DNA of 64,000 nt from positions 124,001 through 188,000 of the forward strand of contig NW_026782224.1 in the NCBI RefSeq assembly GCF_031769215.1, written 5' to 3'. The stretch's first letter is position 1; each line of letters starts with the position of its first letter. Made by a program: the position numbers and the translations under genes. The stretch is from Ylistrum balloti. Its lineage: Eukaryota. Shown in pieces: positions 14,151 to 27,590 of the stretch. The notes below the pieces were generated by a model. The model was given only the letters and a program-made list of their open reading frames with translations, searched no databases and was not told where the DNA came from.

Positions 14151-15211
14151 CTTTATCTAGTAAACTAGATAAGATTTCCACCATATGAACCCATTTCCGT
14201 TGAACAAGATTATAACCTCCATTGTTGTAACTTGTTTTATATTCAGTGAAGAAGATAAAGACCTCCATTAGTTGAAACCATAAGACTGAGATGTAAACAA
14301 CCTCCATCATACCTGTTCATGTTTTTTTAAAACCAGGTGTATGAGGTCATGACCTCCATCTCAGTTCTGGTTTTCTTAACATAGTGAACAAGGTCAAATC
14401 CTCCATCTCATCCGTTCAGGCTTTCTTAACCTAGTGAACAAGGTCAAAACCACCATCTCATCCGTTCATGTTGTTTTGACCTAGTGACCTAGTTTTTAAT
14501 GTGTTTCATATCATTTCATTTCATCAGAAGCTGTAAGAAAACTTATGCTCCAATTAACCTTACAGCCAAATGGCATTCCCTATCACATTTCTCTTGGATA
14601 TCATTAATACAACATGTCCTGATTATATGTCTCCCTGACACGCTCAAGCTAGCTTTAGCACACAACACAGGATAATGACCCCACTACCTGATTTTTAAAT
14701 TACAATTTCTTTGTTTTATTATAAAGACTAACTTAAGTGTGAATAAAACTTAAATGTGAAAGAAACTGACAGGAAACTTAATTTCAGTTTTACAAATACC
14801 ATTATATATCGTTCATTTTGTGTTAGGTTTTTTTTTTTTATCTCAGTCTAAAAATCCGAGACTCTGTCTGAAGCTTTTGATCATAAATGAATGTTTCACA
14901 AATTGCTGACACTATTTTAATCAATTGCATGAAGCTGTCATGGTTGTCTGTGAATTCATCATCATGTAGAATTTGTAAAAAGGAATGGGTGATTTCATTC
15001 ACTCAGCTGACAGAGCATGCTTCTGATTGTTGTGTTGGAGACCTGGGGTCCTTATTCATGTAGGGCACTTGGTTGTAACGTGGTTTTCCTTGTGTTTTCA
15101 CAACCAGCCACAGCTGAACTTAACAATTAAGTCTGTAATATAATACATGCAAAATTGATAAATGTGGTATTTTGTTAATCAAGTTCTGCAATAGTTTAGA
15201 ATTTGTCTTAC

Positions 15212-16673
15212 CTGCAATATCCTCTCCCGGTTCTACTTCATATTCGTCATCCAGGAATCGGAGTGATGATTCGGAGATGTGCACCTTTCCTGGCAGACCA
15301 GATGACTCCATGGTATTAGCAAGGGTGACATCGTTTGACCAGACATCGAATTTGAACCTCCGGGTCCCAACAATTCCACAGAGAACTTTACCAGTGTGTA
15401 CTCCGACCCTCATACCAACTGATTCGTTGTTGTCCTCGTCGAACTGCTGTATAGCCGTGATCATTCCCATACCCATTTCAACACAACATTTTGCATGATC
15501 AGCTCTCTCCTGTGGACAGCCAGATACACAGTAATAACAGTCACCCAGTGTACTGATCTTTTCACACCCATTTTCCTGACAAAGTTTGTCAAATCTACCG
15601 AACAAATCGTTTAACAACCCTACCAAATGCTCAGCTGTCTTGTTTGAACTCATCTTTGTAAAACCAACAATGTCTGCGAACAGAATACTGACATTGTCCA
15701 TACTATTCATATTGAATGGTCGGAACACGATAACACCCTTCTCCTTTTTGGTCTTGGAGTTCCTTTTTCCTTGACCAGGATCCACTTCTTCTTCCGTCTT
15801 GTCTTCTCGGGTGGCCATGACCTCATCAGCCACCTTCTTCGGCATAAGAGAATGAATCATTTGCTCCTGAACTTGTTTTTCTTTGTGCAACTCTCTTCGA
15901 GCCATTACTGACTGTCCGATTTTCCAAAATGTGCTTCTACGCCTCACTTGTAACATAATAAAGATGTGAATTCCTATCAAATGTATACAAAGATGCAGAA
16001 GTACCTTACCAATTATAAATGTAACCTCCTGTGCTTCCGGATGCTGGATTGTTATCAAAACTTCGTAAATTATGGAATGCACGACACCAATTCCGACCGC
16101 AACAAATAACGGCATTGGTATAACTGTGTACATCATGAGAATAAACTCTATGGACGCTGTGAACATGGCCACAGTTGTCAACTCCATCTTAGAAAGAACA
16201 AAATGAAGCAAGATTCCAATACATAATGTAGCCGATACTAAAATTGATGTGTGGAGATAAAATTGTTCATAGAATTTAGTAAACGTGAACCAGAGAACCA
16301 CAGCAACTATAGCCAAGATCACCAAGGTTCCTGCAAGTAGCTGTAACCAATGGTGAACTTTGCTCGTTCCGAAGAAAATACACCAGGCAACACATGCAAC
16401 AATGATATAGCACAGAGAATATTGGAACCTTCTTCGTGTCTGGGGAAAATAACTTTTCCATTGTTCATTTTCAAGAGCATCTGAATCAAATTTGGGATTC
16501 CACCAACTCCCTGATGCTCGTTCAAACAGACTTGGCATCCCTCCTTTCGAGTCTTTCCCCGGGGGTGTGATCTCCCCCATGTCAACCTGCCCCTCAGAAT
16601 CTTCCTTGTCAGAGCCCCCAGCACCGTAGTGAACACTTACTTCCATGTTCTGTGATTTACCGTTACTCGACAT
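15212..16673 (-). CDS. ADCY9: Adenylate cyclase type 9, first coding exon (N-terminus, first transmembrane cassette and C1a catalytic domain), partial CDS
   Basis: Translation contains the AC9-specific LFERASGSWWNPKFDS and FPQTRRRF, plus catalytic motifs VSILFADIVGFTKMS, EKISTLGDCYYCVSG, MRVGVHTG, FKFDVWSNDV, GKVHISES. ATG at 16673 (MSSNGK); donor GCAG|gtaaga after 15212; 1462 bp, phase 1. The ORF-track tail KTNSKLLQ... is intron read-through. Confidence 0.96.
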
Positions 16674-16699
16674 ACTTTGGAGCAGAAGTTGAATCAATT

Positions 16700-17300
16700 A
16701 GGAACAGCGTGTTCCTGGCAGGTACCCGTCAGGTTTTAAAACTTCAAACCGCGACCGAGGTCATGTCAGAATGTTGAGGCGAATAAAAGAAATCATACCT
16801 GCTCATGACTTAGACAATTTTTCTTTAAAACCAGTCTAGAAACACATCCACAGGCTTACAATCCACGATCGTGTGCACGATGTGTATTCGTCGGTCCGTT
16901 ACTGCTTCCTACACACACATAATACACGAGTCACTTTTTTTACATTGATCTAGACCTCCGATTAATCCACACACACCCGGCAGGGCTAGACATAAACTTC
17001 TGAATACCGATCTTAACCCTACTTCATTCCATTAATTAATAATTAATCCCACTTAGTTATGTGCATAATGACGACTTCCAAAGCCTCAACAAACATTTCA
17101 CTGCCGTTGTATTTTCTACTCCGGGTCGGCAGACTGCTGTGTGTGTTGTTTTGTGTTAGGGAATAAGGTCAGATAGCGGGAGTAGGTTTAACTGATGGAA
17201 CAGCCACACACAACTGGATACAACGAATGCTCCCTTCCTGTTTGTCGGTGCGCTCGAATTCTCTTACTCATGTTCTAAAAATTGTACACGACCTTTTAAA
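16700..17300 (-). promoter_or_regulatory. Probable ADCY9 5' UTR / promoter region
   Basis: CpG-retaining unique sequence directly upstream of the start codon; TSS cannot be placed from sequence. Confidence 0.4.
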
Positions 17301-19314
17301 AGATACGCTTAATAGAAATTAAACAAACAATCCATTAAATTCATTTCATAGCTGTTTTAAATGTTTAAGATTTCAGATGGTTGATTATCTAAAGCGATGT
17401 TTTGAATGTTTGAAATTCCATGAGATTCATTATTTCAAAAGATGTTTGATTGTTTTTATAATTTTAAGAGAAGTTTGAAATTTTAATGAATAATAATGAA
17501 TCACATGGAATCTTGCCCAGTTAAAACATCTGTTAAACTCATTAATTACATGAAATCTTAAACATTTGAAAAAAAATCTCTTATAACCACAAAGCACATA
17601 CAGTCTTAAACTTTTAAGACATGTCTTGAAATCATTAATAAAATTGAATCTAAAAAAAAACCAACTTCTCTTGAAATAATTTATTCTATTTTATCTTCAT
17701 ATCATGTCTCCAGCTTGATTCGGAAGCCAGAGATAAGCATGGGCAAATGGAAACATACACAAGAAAATCGATTTCACCTAGGATATTTGTCGTGGTTCCT
17801 TAAGATTGTAACAATAGACAAATAATTTAATACCACGTGTTAATACAACTTTAGAGTTAGAAATAGTAAAACCAAACAATGAATTAGCTGTTGCTTTTTC
17901 GCCTCTCTAAATGTTTTTTTTTGTAAAAGACTTTATTTAGGGGTATAAATAGTTATATCGTTGCTTTATTTCATAAACCGATATTTTATATGCTGTTTAA
18001 ACGGAATACTGTACCGAGCTCTGAAAAGTTGTTCAACGTTATGGAAATTGATAATATCTCCATTTGTGACAGCGACATTCACATGACGTCTCGAGCGACA
18101 CTGATTTAAATACCGAATTACCTGCTCGCTAGGGGAAGAACACTACGGTAGACCAGGGATCAAATTCAATCATACTTGTACGAGAGTTCTACATGATTTC
18201 TTTCTTTGCATTTAACTGGATACCACAACAAGAATAACCGCTAGTTTTAAGTCAGGCGATCTATATGTCAATTCACTAGTTTTAGAAAAGACAGGTAGAT
18301 TTAAAACATGAATAATGTAATTTTTCCTTATTGTTTTATAATCAATTTCGTCACTCAAAATGTTTTACAGAAAAATAGTAAAACATGCACTATTTTTACG
18401 GTCAGTGTAGAAAAAAAAGTTATGCACAAAATTTCTCTTCGGTTACAGCACATTAGAAAAATCCATCTATGAAACATTGCTGGCAGAAAGAACACATGTT
18501 CTTTTAATCGAGCTTCTGCCGATTTCGAAAATATCGGTAAAGACAAACGAGGACAGATTCTTAACGTATTCGTTTCAAGTTAAGTATCTTCATAAATACG
18601 ACACTGTAACACGCGTGTATATATATGAAGAGGTTTTAGTAAAACCTGTCCTTGCATGTTTTTGGCATTTACAAATATTGGCAAGATGAAATGTAAATAG
18701 ACAAGACACTTGTCTTCTAGATAATTTCACACCTCGACCCGTGTGTGTGTGTATATGTGTGTGATTGCCGCGTATAGATAATGAACGGTATCCTTCAGCT
18801 ATACAAATAAAACATTTTAATTAAAAGTAAACAACGCTAAGTCGTATGTCAGCAAATTTGATTCTTTAGTAAATCTTACGACAATTTTACAATTTTAGAT
18901 ATCGAGAGGAATTAAAAAGCCCCTAATATCATGCTTCGGAACAAATACAAGAGAGATGTGTACTATATTAATTTTTGCATACAAGCCCTCGAATTTACCT
19001 ATAGAAAATCCTTAATACTAAATACACATATAAAATTAATTTAGTGGCTGTCAACTTCGTGCGAGAAAAAACACCTTCTGGGTATACCATATTACAAAGG
19101 CGTCTTGCACGTTCGATGAGGAAAGCTGATTTGGTCACTCTGCGTTCTGAAAACAAAACAAATTCTGTTGGCATTCATTATCCTATGAACGTTATCGTTA
19201 ATATGCTTCTCTTGGTCGCTAATAATCCCATTTTTCTGAATTATTACTGCAACGCGCTAATCATAACCTCGGGACAACTTCCAGTCTCCATCTAAACACA
19301 GATCCATAACGGTA

Positions 19315-19895
19315 CAAAAAGGGATACAAGCCAAGGCCAATCACCTCATGCCACATACAAGGGATACAAGCCATGGCCAGTCACCTCATGCCACATACAA
19401 GGGATACAGGCCATGGCCAGTCACCTCATGACACATACAAGAGATACAAGCCAAGGCCAGTCACCTCATGCCTCATACAAGGGATACAAGCCATGGCCAG
19501 TCACCTAATGCCACATACAAGGGATACAAGCCATGGCCAGTCACCTCATGCCACATACAAGGGATACAAGCCATGGCCAGTCACCTCATGCCTCATACAA
19601 GAGATACAAGCCATGGCCAGTCACCTCATGCCACATACAAGTGATACCAGCCACGGTCAGTCACCTCATGCCACATACAAGTGATACAAGCCACGGCCAG
19701 TCACCTCATGCCACATACAAGGGATACAAGCCACGGTCAGTCACCTCATGCCACATACAAGTGATACAAGCCACGGTCAGTCACCTCATGCCACATACAA
19801 GTGATACAAGCCACGGTCAGTCACCTCATGCCACATACAAGGGATACATGCCATGGTCAGTCACCTCATACCATATACAAGGTGTAACACCCATG
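19315..19895. repeat. 40-bp minisatellite (gggatacaagccatggccagtcacctcatgccacatacaa), ~14 copies
   Basis: Direct tandem repetition; explains ORFs 19373-19976. Confidence 0.96.
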
Positions 19896-20533
19896 GTAAT
19901 TTATTATCTCAGGCCACAAAATACGAATACAAGTCATGGTCATTCATCTTACCACGCCCAATACAGTGTAATTTGATTTTGTTATATACCAGTTCCAAAA
20001 TGCAATGAACCGTGAATATGTTCAGTTGTACGAGGAATTTGATTGTGGTAAACGAATTCAGTGGAAATTCAGCAGAGATATAAATTAAAAGTTCTTTTTC
20101 TTTTTCTTGCTAACTGTGGTCCTTAGAGACGTGCTTCAACAGTCTACCTTACTACCCCAGACCTACATCAAACTCAACCTATGTGTTAATTATACATGGG
20201 CAAGGTTTTTTTCTGTTTCACACGGAATGCCAAATCACTTCATCAAAAATGTATATTTTACATCGGCATACAATCGTATCACCCGGCTAATACATAAACA
20301 AGGGCATTAAATATATCAGAGTTGTGTGTACAACAAATACAGCTTTTATTACAGGTGCAACTGCATCCTACCTGGTACCATTGGCTGACAATATCGATGT
20401 TGATCGGAAAAGTCATACATGTTGCATTAAACAGCGCTTAGACTCATCGTGATTTTTATTGCAATATATTCAATATGAATTCATCATCGTGTTCACTCAC
20501 CTGTATGATACAAAATAGATAAAGTGGATGTGT

Positions 20534-20762
20534 NNNNNNNNNNNNNNNNNNNNNNNNNNNNNNNNNNNNNNNNNNNNNNNNNNNNNNNNNNNNNNNNNNN
20601 NNNNNNNNNNNNNNNNNNNNNNNNNNNNNNNNNNNNNNNNNNNNNNNNNNNNNNNNNNNNNNNNNNNNNNNNNNNNNNNNNNNNNNNNNNNNNNNNNNNN
20701 NNNNNNNNNNNNNNNNNNNNNNNNNNNNNNNNNNNNNNNNNNNNNNNNNNNNNNNNNNNNNN
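20534..20762. other. Assembly gap (229 N)
   Basis: Run of N, flanked by GT-rich sequence. Confidence 1.
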
Positions 20763-21557
20763 ATATCCGTGCGTGTACTGGAGTGTATGTGTGTGCTAGA
20801 ATGAATACAAAATCATCATCATAAAAGTGTACAACTGTCGTTGTCATCAGACGGAGAATGTGATGTAATAATGTAATTAAAAAACGAAAAATCAACAATT
20901 GTATTAATAGAACATTGAGAACAATCACATGAAAGCGATGTACACAGGTCAAAAATTCTATTTTTAAAACAATTTTATGTTTTTGGCAACTTCTATTTCA
21001 ACCTGTAACTGAGTCACTCTATACACGTTATTACCTGTCTAACTTGCCTACGTGATAACCATTGGGTTTGTGTTAAATCTGGCCTGACCTTGACTCAGGA
21101 TTTGAAATATATATACTATATTTAGATATACATTAGCTATTTGTTACTATTTTTAGACATATTTCGTGTTTCATTGTTGTTCAGTGTAAAAGTGCACGGC
21201 ATAGGTATAATTTACCTGTGATTGAAATTCCTAGGCAAATTTCCAAGTAAGGGTACTGAAGGCCCTCATCTGAAAATTAAGAAATGATGTGACAATGCAA
21301 TACGACTCCGTTTTAAAATCTCGAGTCTGACATTTTCTACACTTACAAATGTAACAACATATCCTGATCAAATCTCGTTATGTTTGCAATGTGTTTTAAT
21401 GTCACGGATAATCACGTGACTTGAAATAACTATACATATCTATCACTATATATAATGTATCGGTGACACATGAATTCCGTCAACTTCTTATAAAACCGAA
21501 AGCAGATTTACCGCGGGAACGGCAAATATTTCAACAAAATATGATTTAATGATATTA

Positions 21558-24500
21558 AAGTAAATGTCCTTTGCAGCGGCCGTAGTCTACTACATGTATT
21601 ACTTATGAAGTAAGGTCCTCTATAACGGCCGTAGTATTACTTCTGAAGTAAGGTCCTCTATAACGGCCGTAGTATTACTTCTGAAGTAAGGTCCCCTATA
21701 ACGGCCGTAGTATTACTTCTGAAGTAAGGTCCCCTATAACGGCCGTAGTATTACTTCTGAAGTAAGGTCCTCTATAACGGCCGTAGTATTACTTCTGAAG
21801 TAAGGTCCCCTATAACGGCCGTAGTATTACTTCTGAAGTAAGGTCCTCTATAACAGCCGTAGTATTACTTCTGAAGTAAGGTCCTCTATAACGGCCGTAG
21901 TATTACTTCTGAAGTAAGGTCCTCTATAACAGCCGTAGTATTACTTCTGAAGTAAGGTCCTCTATAACGGCCGTAGTATTACTTCTGAAGTAAGGTCCTC
22001 TATAACGGCCGTAGTATTACTTCTGAAGTAAGGTCCTCTATAACGGCCGTAGTATTACTTCTGAAGTAAGGTCCTCTATAACAGCCGTAGTATTACTTCT
22101 GAAGTAAGGTCCTCTATAACGGCCGTAGTATTACTTCTGAAGTAAGGTCCTCTATAACGGCCGTAGTCTACACTTACTTCTTAATTTAAGTCCTCTGTAA
22201 CGGATGTAAACTGTTCATACGCTCTGAAGTAACGGTCGGCATTTAATCTTACTTCTGAAGTAAATTCCCCTTTGGGGGCAATAGTCTACTCTTAATCATG
22301 AAATGAGCGTCCTCTACAGCAACCGTAGTCTACACTTACTTATGAATTCAGATCCTCTGTAAAGGTCGTAATGTACGCTTATTCTGAAGTTTCCATTGTA
22401 GCCCCCGTAGTCGACTTTTACTTCTGAAGTAAGATCCTCTATAGCAACTGTTGTCTAATCGTCCTCTATGTCGGCTCTTGCTTATGAAGTAATGTTAACC
22501 GTAATGGCCTTCGTCTACTCTTACTTCATCGGCAAGCGTCCTCTGTAATGGTCTATTCATATTCCGGTAGGATGATCATGTATAACGGTTGTAGACTAAT
22601 CTGACTTCTGAAGTAAATTTCTGCTGCAACAGCTGAAGTCTACCTTTTACTTCTGAAGTAAGGTCCTCTATAACGACTGTAGTCTACTCATACTCAGTCT
22701 AAAAAAATCCTTTGCAACGACCGTAGTCTACTCTTACTTATGAATTCAGATCCTCTGTAAAGGCCGTAATGTACGCTTATTCTGAAGCGCGTTTCCATGG
22801 TAGCGGCCGTAGTCTTCTGTTACTCTGTAACTACCTTCTTCTACTCTTACTTATGAAATCATTAGCTTCTGTAAAGACTGTAGTCTACTCTTACTTCTGA
22901 AGTAAGATCTGTAAAAGCCTAAATCTACTCTAACATCTGAAGTACTTGTCCTGTAACGATCTTTATCTACTTGGACGTATGAAGAAAGTTTCCTCTGTAA
23001 CGGCCGTAGTCTACTGCTACTTCTGGAGTAAATTCTTCTGTAACGGTTGTGCTTCTCTCAAGCAATTGATTTCTGTAACAGCCGTACCCTAATCTATCTT
23101 ATGAAGTAGGACCCTCTGTAACGACTGTAGTTTACTCCTACGGACGAAGAATGATTCTCTTTAGTGTCGGTAGTCTACTCTTACTTGTGAAGTAAATTTC
23201 CTTTGTAGCGGCTGTAGGCTTCTCTAACTCCTGAAGTAAGACCTTCTACAACGGCGTTAGTCTACTCTAACTTCTTTATTAAGATCCTCTGTTGTAACTA
23301 TAGTCTAATCATATTTCTGAAGGAAATTCCTCTGTGGCTGCTCTTTGTTATGAAGTATTTGATGACCTAGTCGATTCTTAATCCTGAAGTAAAATCCTGT
23401 GTAAAGACCGCAGTCTAATCTTATTTTTGACGTAAGCTTTCTTTGTAACGACTTTCGTCTACTCTGACCTCTTTAGCAAACGTCCACTGTAATGGAAGTA
23501 GTCTACTCTTACTTCTGGAATAAGTTTCCTCTGAAGCGCTCGTAGTTATTTCTTAGTTCTAAAGTAAGTTACTTCTGATGTTAGATGCTCTGTAGCGACC
23601 GTAGTCTACTCTTACTTCTGATGTTAGATGCTCTGTAGCGACCGTAGTCTACTCTTACTTCTGATGTTGGATGCTCTGTAGCGACCGTAGTCTACTCTTA
23701 CTTCTGATGTTAGATGCTCTGTAGCGACCGTAGTCTACTCTTACTTCTGATGTCAGATGCTCTGTAGCGACCGTAGTCTACTCTTACTTCTGATGTCAGA
23801 TGCTCTGTAGCTACCGTAGTCTACTCTTACTTCTGAAGTAAGTGTCCTCTGTAGCGACCGTAGTCTACTCTTACTTCTGATGTTAGATGCTCTGTAGCGA
23901 CCGTAGTCTACTCTTACTTCTGATGTCAGATGCTCTGTAGCGACCGTAGTCTACTCTTACTTCTGATGTCAGATGCTCTGTAGCGACCGTAGTCTACTCT
24001 TACTTCTGATGTAAGATGCTCTGTAGCGACCGTAGTCTACTCTTACTTCTGATGTCAGATGCTCTGTAGCGACCGTAGTCTACTCTTACTTCTGATGTCA
24101 GATGCTCTGTAGCGACCGTAGTCTACTCTTACTTCTGATGTTAGATGCTCTGTAGCGACCGTAGTCTACTCTTACTTCTGATGTTAGATGCTCTGTAGCG
24201 ACCGTAGTCTACTCTTACTTCTGATGTCAGATGCTCTGTAGCGACCGTAGTCTACTCTTACTTCTGATGTCAGATGCTCTGTAGCGACCGTAGTCTACTC
24301 TTACTTCTGATGTCAGATGCTCTGTAGCGACCGTAGTCTACTCTTACTTCTGATGTAAGATGCTCTGTAGCGACCGTAGTCTACTCTTACTTCTGATGTT
24401 GGATGCTCTGTAGCGACCGTAGTCTACTCTTACTCCTGATGTCAGATGCTCTGTAGCGACCGTAGTCTGCTTTTCCTTCTCAAGTAATTGTCCTCTGGAA

Positions 24501-27500
24501 CACAAGTTGTCTGCTCTTACGTCTGACGTAAGGTCCTCTGTAACGACTGTAGTTTACTCTAACTTCTGCAGTAAGACCCTCTGTAACGGTTGTAATCTAC
24601 CCTTTCTTCTGAAGTAAGACCCTCTGTAACGGTTGTAATCTACCCTTTCTTCTGAAGTAAGACTCTCTTTAACGGCTGTTGTCTACTCTTACTTCTGAAG
24701 TAAGACTCTCTGTAACGGTTGTAATCTACCCTTTCTTCTGAAGTAAGACCCTCTGTAACGGTTGTAATCTACCCTTTCTTCTGAAGTAAGACCCTCTGTA
24801 ACGGTTGTAATCTACCCTTTCTTCTGAAGTAAGACCCTCTGTAACGGTTGTAACCTACTCTAACTTCTGCAGTAAGACCCTCTGTAACGGTTGTAATCTA
24901 CCCTTTCTTCTGAAGTAAGACCCTCTGTAACGGCTGTAATCTACCCTTTCTTCTGAAGTAAGACTCTCTGTAACGGTTGTAATCTACCCTTTCTTCTGAA
25001 GTAAGACCCTCTGTAACGGTTGTAATCTACCCTTTCTTCTGCAGTAAGACCCTCTGTAACGGCTGTAACCTTCTCTAACTTCTGCAGTAAGACCCTCTGT
25101 AACGGCTGTAATCTACCCTTTCTTCTGAAGTAAAGTAAGACTGAAGTAAGACCCTCTGTAACGGTTGTAATCTACCCTTTCTTCTGAAGTAAGACCCTCT
25201 GTAACGGTTGTAATCTACCCTTTCTTCTGAAGTAAGACCCTCTGTAACGGTTGTAATCTACCCTTTCTTCTGAAGTAAGACCCTCTGTAACGGTTGTAAT
25301 CTACCCTTTCTTCTGAAGTAAGACCCTCTGTAACGGCTGTAACCTTCTCTAACTTCTGAAGTAAGACTCTCTTTAACGGCTGTTGTCTACTCTTACTTCT
25401 GAAGTAAGACTCTCTTTAACGGCTGTAATCTACCCTTTCTTCTGAAGTAAGACCCTCTGTAACGGTTGTAATCTACCCTTTCTTCTGAAGTAAGACCCTC
25501 TGTAACGGCTGTAATCTACCCTTTCTTCTGAAGTAAGACCCTCTGTAACGGCTGTAATCTACCCTTTCTTCTGAAGTAAGACTCTCTGTAACGGTTGTAA
25601 TCTACCCTTTCTTCTGAAGTAAGACTCTCTGTAACGGTTGTAATCTACCCTTTCTTCTGAAGTAAGACCCTCTGTAACGGTTGTAATCTACCCTTTCTTC
25701 TGAAGTAAGACCCTCTGTAACGGCTGTAATCTACCCTTTCTTCTGAAGTAAGACTCTCTTTAACGGCTGTAATCTACCCTTTCTTCTGAAGTAAGACCCT
25801 CTGTAACGGTTGTAATCTACCCTTTCTTCTGAAGTAAGACCCTCTGTAACGGTTGTAATCTACTCTAACTTCTGAAGTAAGACCCTCTGTAACGGTTGTT
25901 ATCTACCCTTTCTTCTGAAGTAAGACCCTCTGTAACGGTTGTAACCTACTCTAACTTCTGCAGTAAGACCCTCTGTAACGGTTGTAATCTACTCTAACTT
26001 CTGAAGTAAGACCCTCTGTAACGGTTGTAATCTACCCTTTCTTCTGAAGTAAGACCATCTGTAACGGTTGTAATCTACTCTAACTTCTGAAGTAAGACCC
26101 TCTGTAACGGTTGTAATCTACTCTAACTTCTGAAGTAAGACTCTCTGTAACGGTTGTTATCTACTCTAACTTCTGAAGTAAGACCCTCTGTAACGGTTGT
26201 AACCTACTCTAACTTCTGCAGTAAGACCCTCTGTAACGGTTGTAACCTACTCTAACTTCTGCAGTAAGACCCTCTGTAACGGTTGTAACCTACTCTAACT
26301 TCTGCAGTAAGACTCTCTGTAACGGCTGTAATCTACCCTTTCTTCTGAAGTAAGACCCTCTGTAACGGCTGTTGTCTACTCTTACTTCTGAAGTAAGACT
26401 CTCTTTAACGGCTGTTTTCTACTCTAACTTCTGAAGTAAGACTCTCTTTAACGGCTGTTGTCTACTCTTACTTCTGAAGTAAGACTCTCTTTAACGGCTG
26501 TTGTCTACTCTAACTTCTGAAGTAAGACTCTCTTTAACGGCTGTTGTCTACTCTAACTTCTGAAGTAAGACCCTCTGTAACGGCTGTTGTCTACTCTTAC
26601 TTCTGAAGTAAGACTCTCTTTAACGGCTGTTGTCTACTCTAACTTCTGAAGTAAGACTCTCTTTAACGGCTGTAACCTACTCTAACTTCTGAAGTAAGAC
26701 TCTCTTTAACGGCTGTTGTCTACTCTAACTTCTGAAGTAAGACTCTCTTTAACGGCTGTTGTCTACTCTAACTTCTGAAGTAAGACTCTCTTTAACGGCT
26801 GTAACCCACTCTAACTTCTGAGGTAAGACTCTCTTTAACGGCTGTAACCCACTCTAACTTCTGAAGTAAGACTCTCTTTAACGGCTGTAACCCACTCTAA
26901 CTTCTGAGGTAAGACTCTCTTTAACGGCTGTAACCCACTCTAACTTCTGAGGTAAGACTCTCTTTAACGGCTGTAACCCACTCTAACTTCTGAAGTAAGA
27001 CTCTCTTTAACGGCTGTTGTCTACTCTAACTTCTGAAGTAAGACTCTCTTTAACGGCTGTAACCCACTCAAACTTCTGAGGTAAGACTCTCTTTAACGGC
27101 TGTTGTCTACTCTAACTTCTGAAGTAAGACTCTCTTTAACGGCTGTTGTCTACTCTAACTTCTGAAGTAAGACTCTCTTTAACGGCTGTAACCTACTCTA
27201 ACTTCTGAAGTAAGACTCTCTTTAACGGCCGTAACCCACTCTAACTTCTGAGGTAAGACTCTCTTTAACGGCTGTAACCTACTCTAACTTCTGAAGTAAG
27301 ACTCTCTTTAACGGCTGTTGTCTACTCTAACCTCTGAAGTAAGACTCTCTTTAACGGCTGTAACCTACTCTAACTTCTGAAGTAAGACTCTCTTTAACGG
27401 CTGTTGTCTACTCTAACTTCTGAAGTAAGACCCTCTGTAACGGCTGTTGTCTACTCTTACTTCTGAGGGAAGACTCTCTTTAATGGCTGTTGTCTACTCT

Positions 27501-27590
27501 AACTTCTGAAGTAAGGCTCTCTTTAACGGCTGTTGTCTACTCTTACTTCTGAAGTAAGACTCTCTTTAACGGCTGTTGTCTACTCTTACT
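21558..27590. repeat. ~6-kb satellite array of one 43-bp monomer family (~140 copies) with five zones, including a 38-bp deletion derivative
   Basis: Measured periods: 38 bp (ggcc at 21627, 21665, 21703), 43 bp (gatgctc at 23584, 23627; gaagtaag at 24611, 24654); shared gtctactcttacttctgaagtaag core. Confidence 0.97.

Noticed and set aside
13776-14160. 13-aa repeat protein MNQVHFPxPCEQx
   Set aside because: 39-bp minisatellite open in several frames on both strands; intronic.
15120-15211. C-terminal part and upstream TTG start of the 525-aa ORF
   Set aside because: Similarity to AC9 ends at a canonical donor (15212); the first in-frame ATG is at 16673.
16715-16798. Possible 84-bp intron in the ADCY9 5' UTR (CAG|gtatga ... 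ctgccag|)
   Set aside because: Donor is good but the acceptor has a weak pyrimidine tract; cannot be supported without transcripts.
19373-19976. His-rich ORFs
   Set aside because: Translations of the 40-bp minisatellite.
20497-20952. ORFs spanning X residues
   Set aside because: Artefacts of the N gap.
21558-27590. CRISPR-like array (palindromic ~40-bp repeats)
   Set aside because: Monomers are head-to-tail with no unique spacers; the variable zone is diverged monomers; eukaryotic context and no cas genes.
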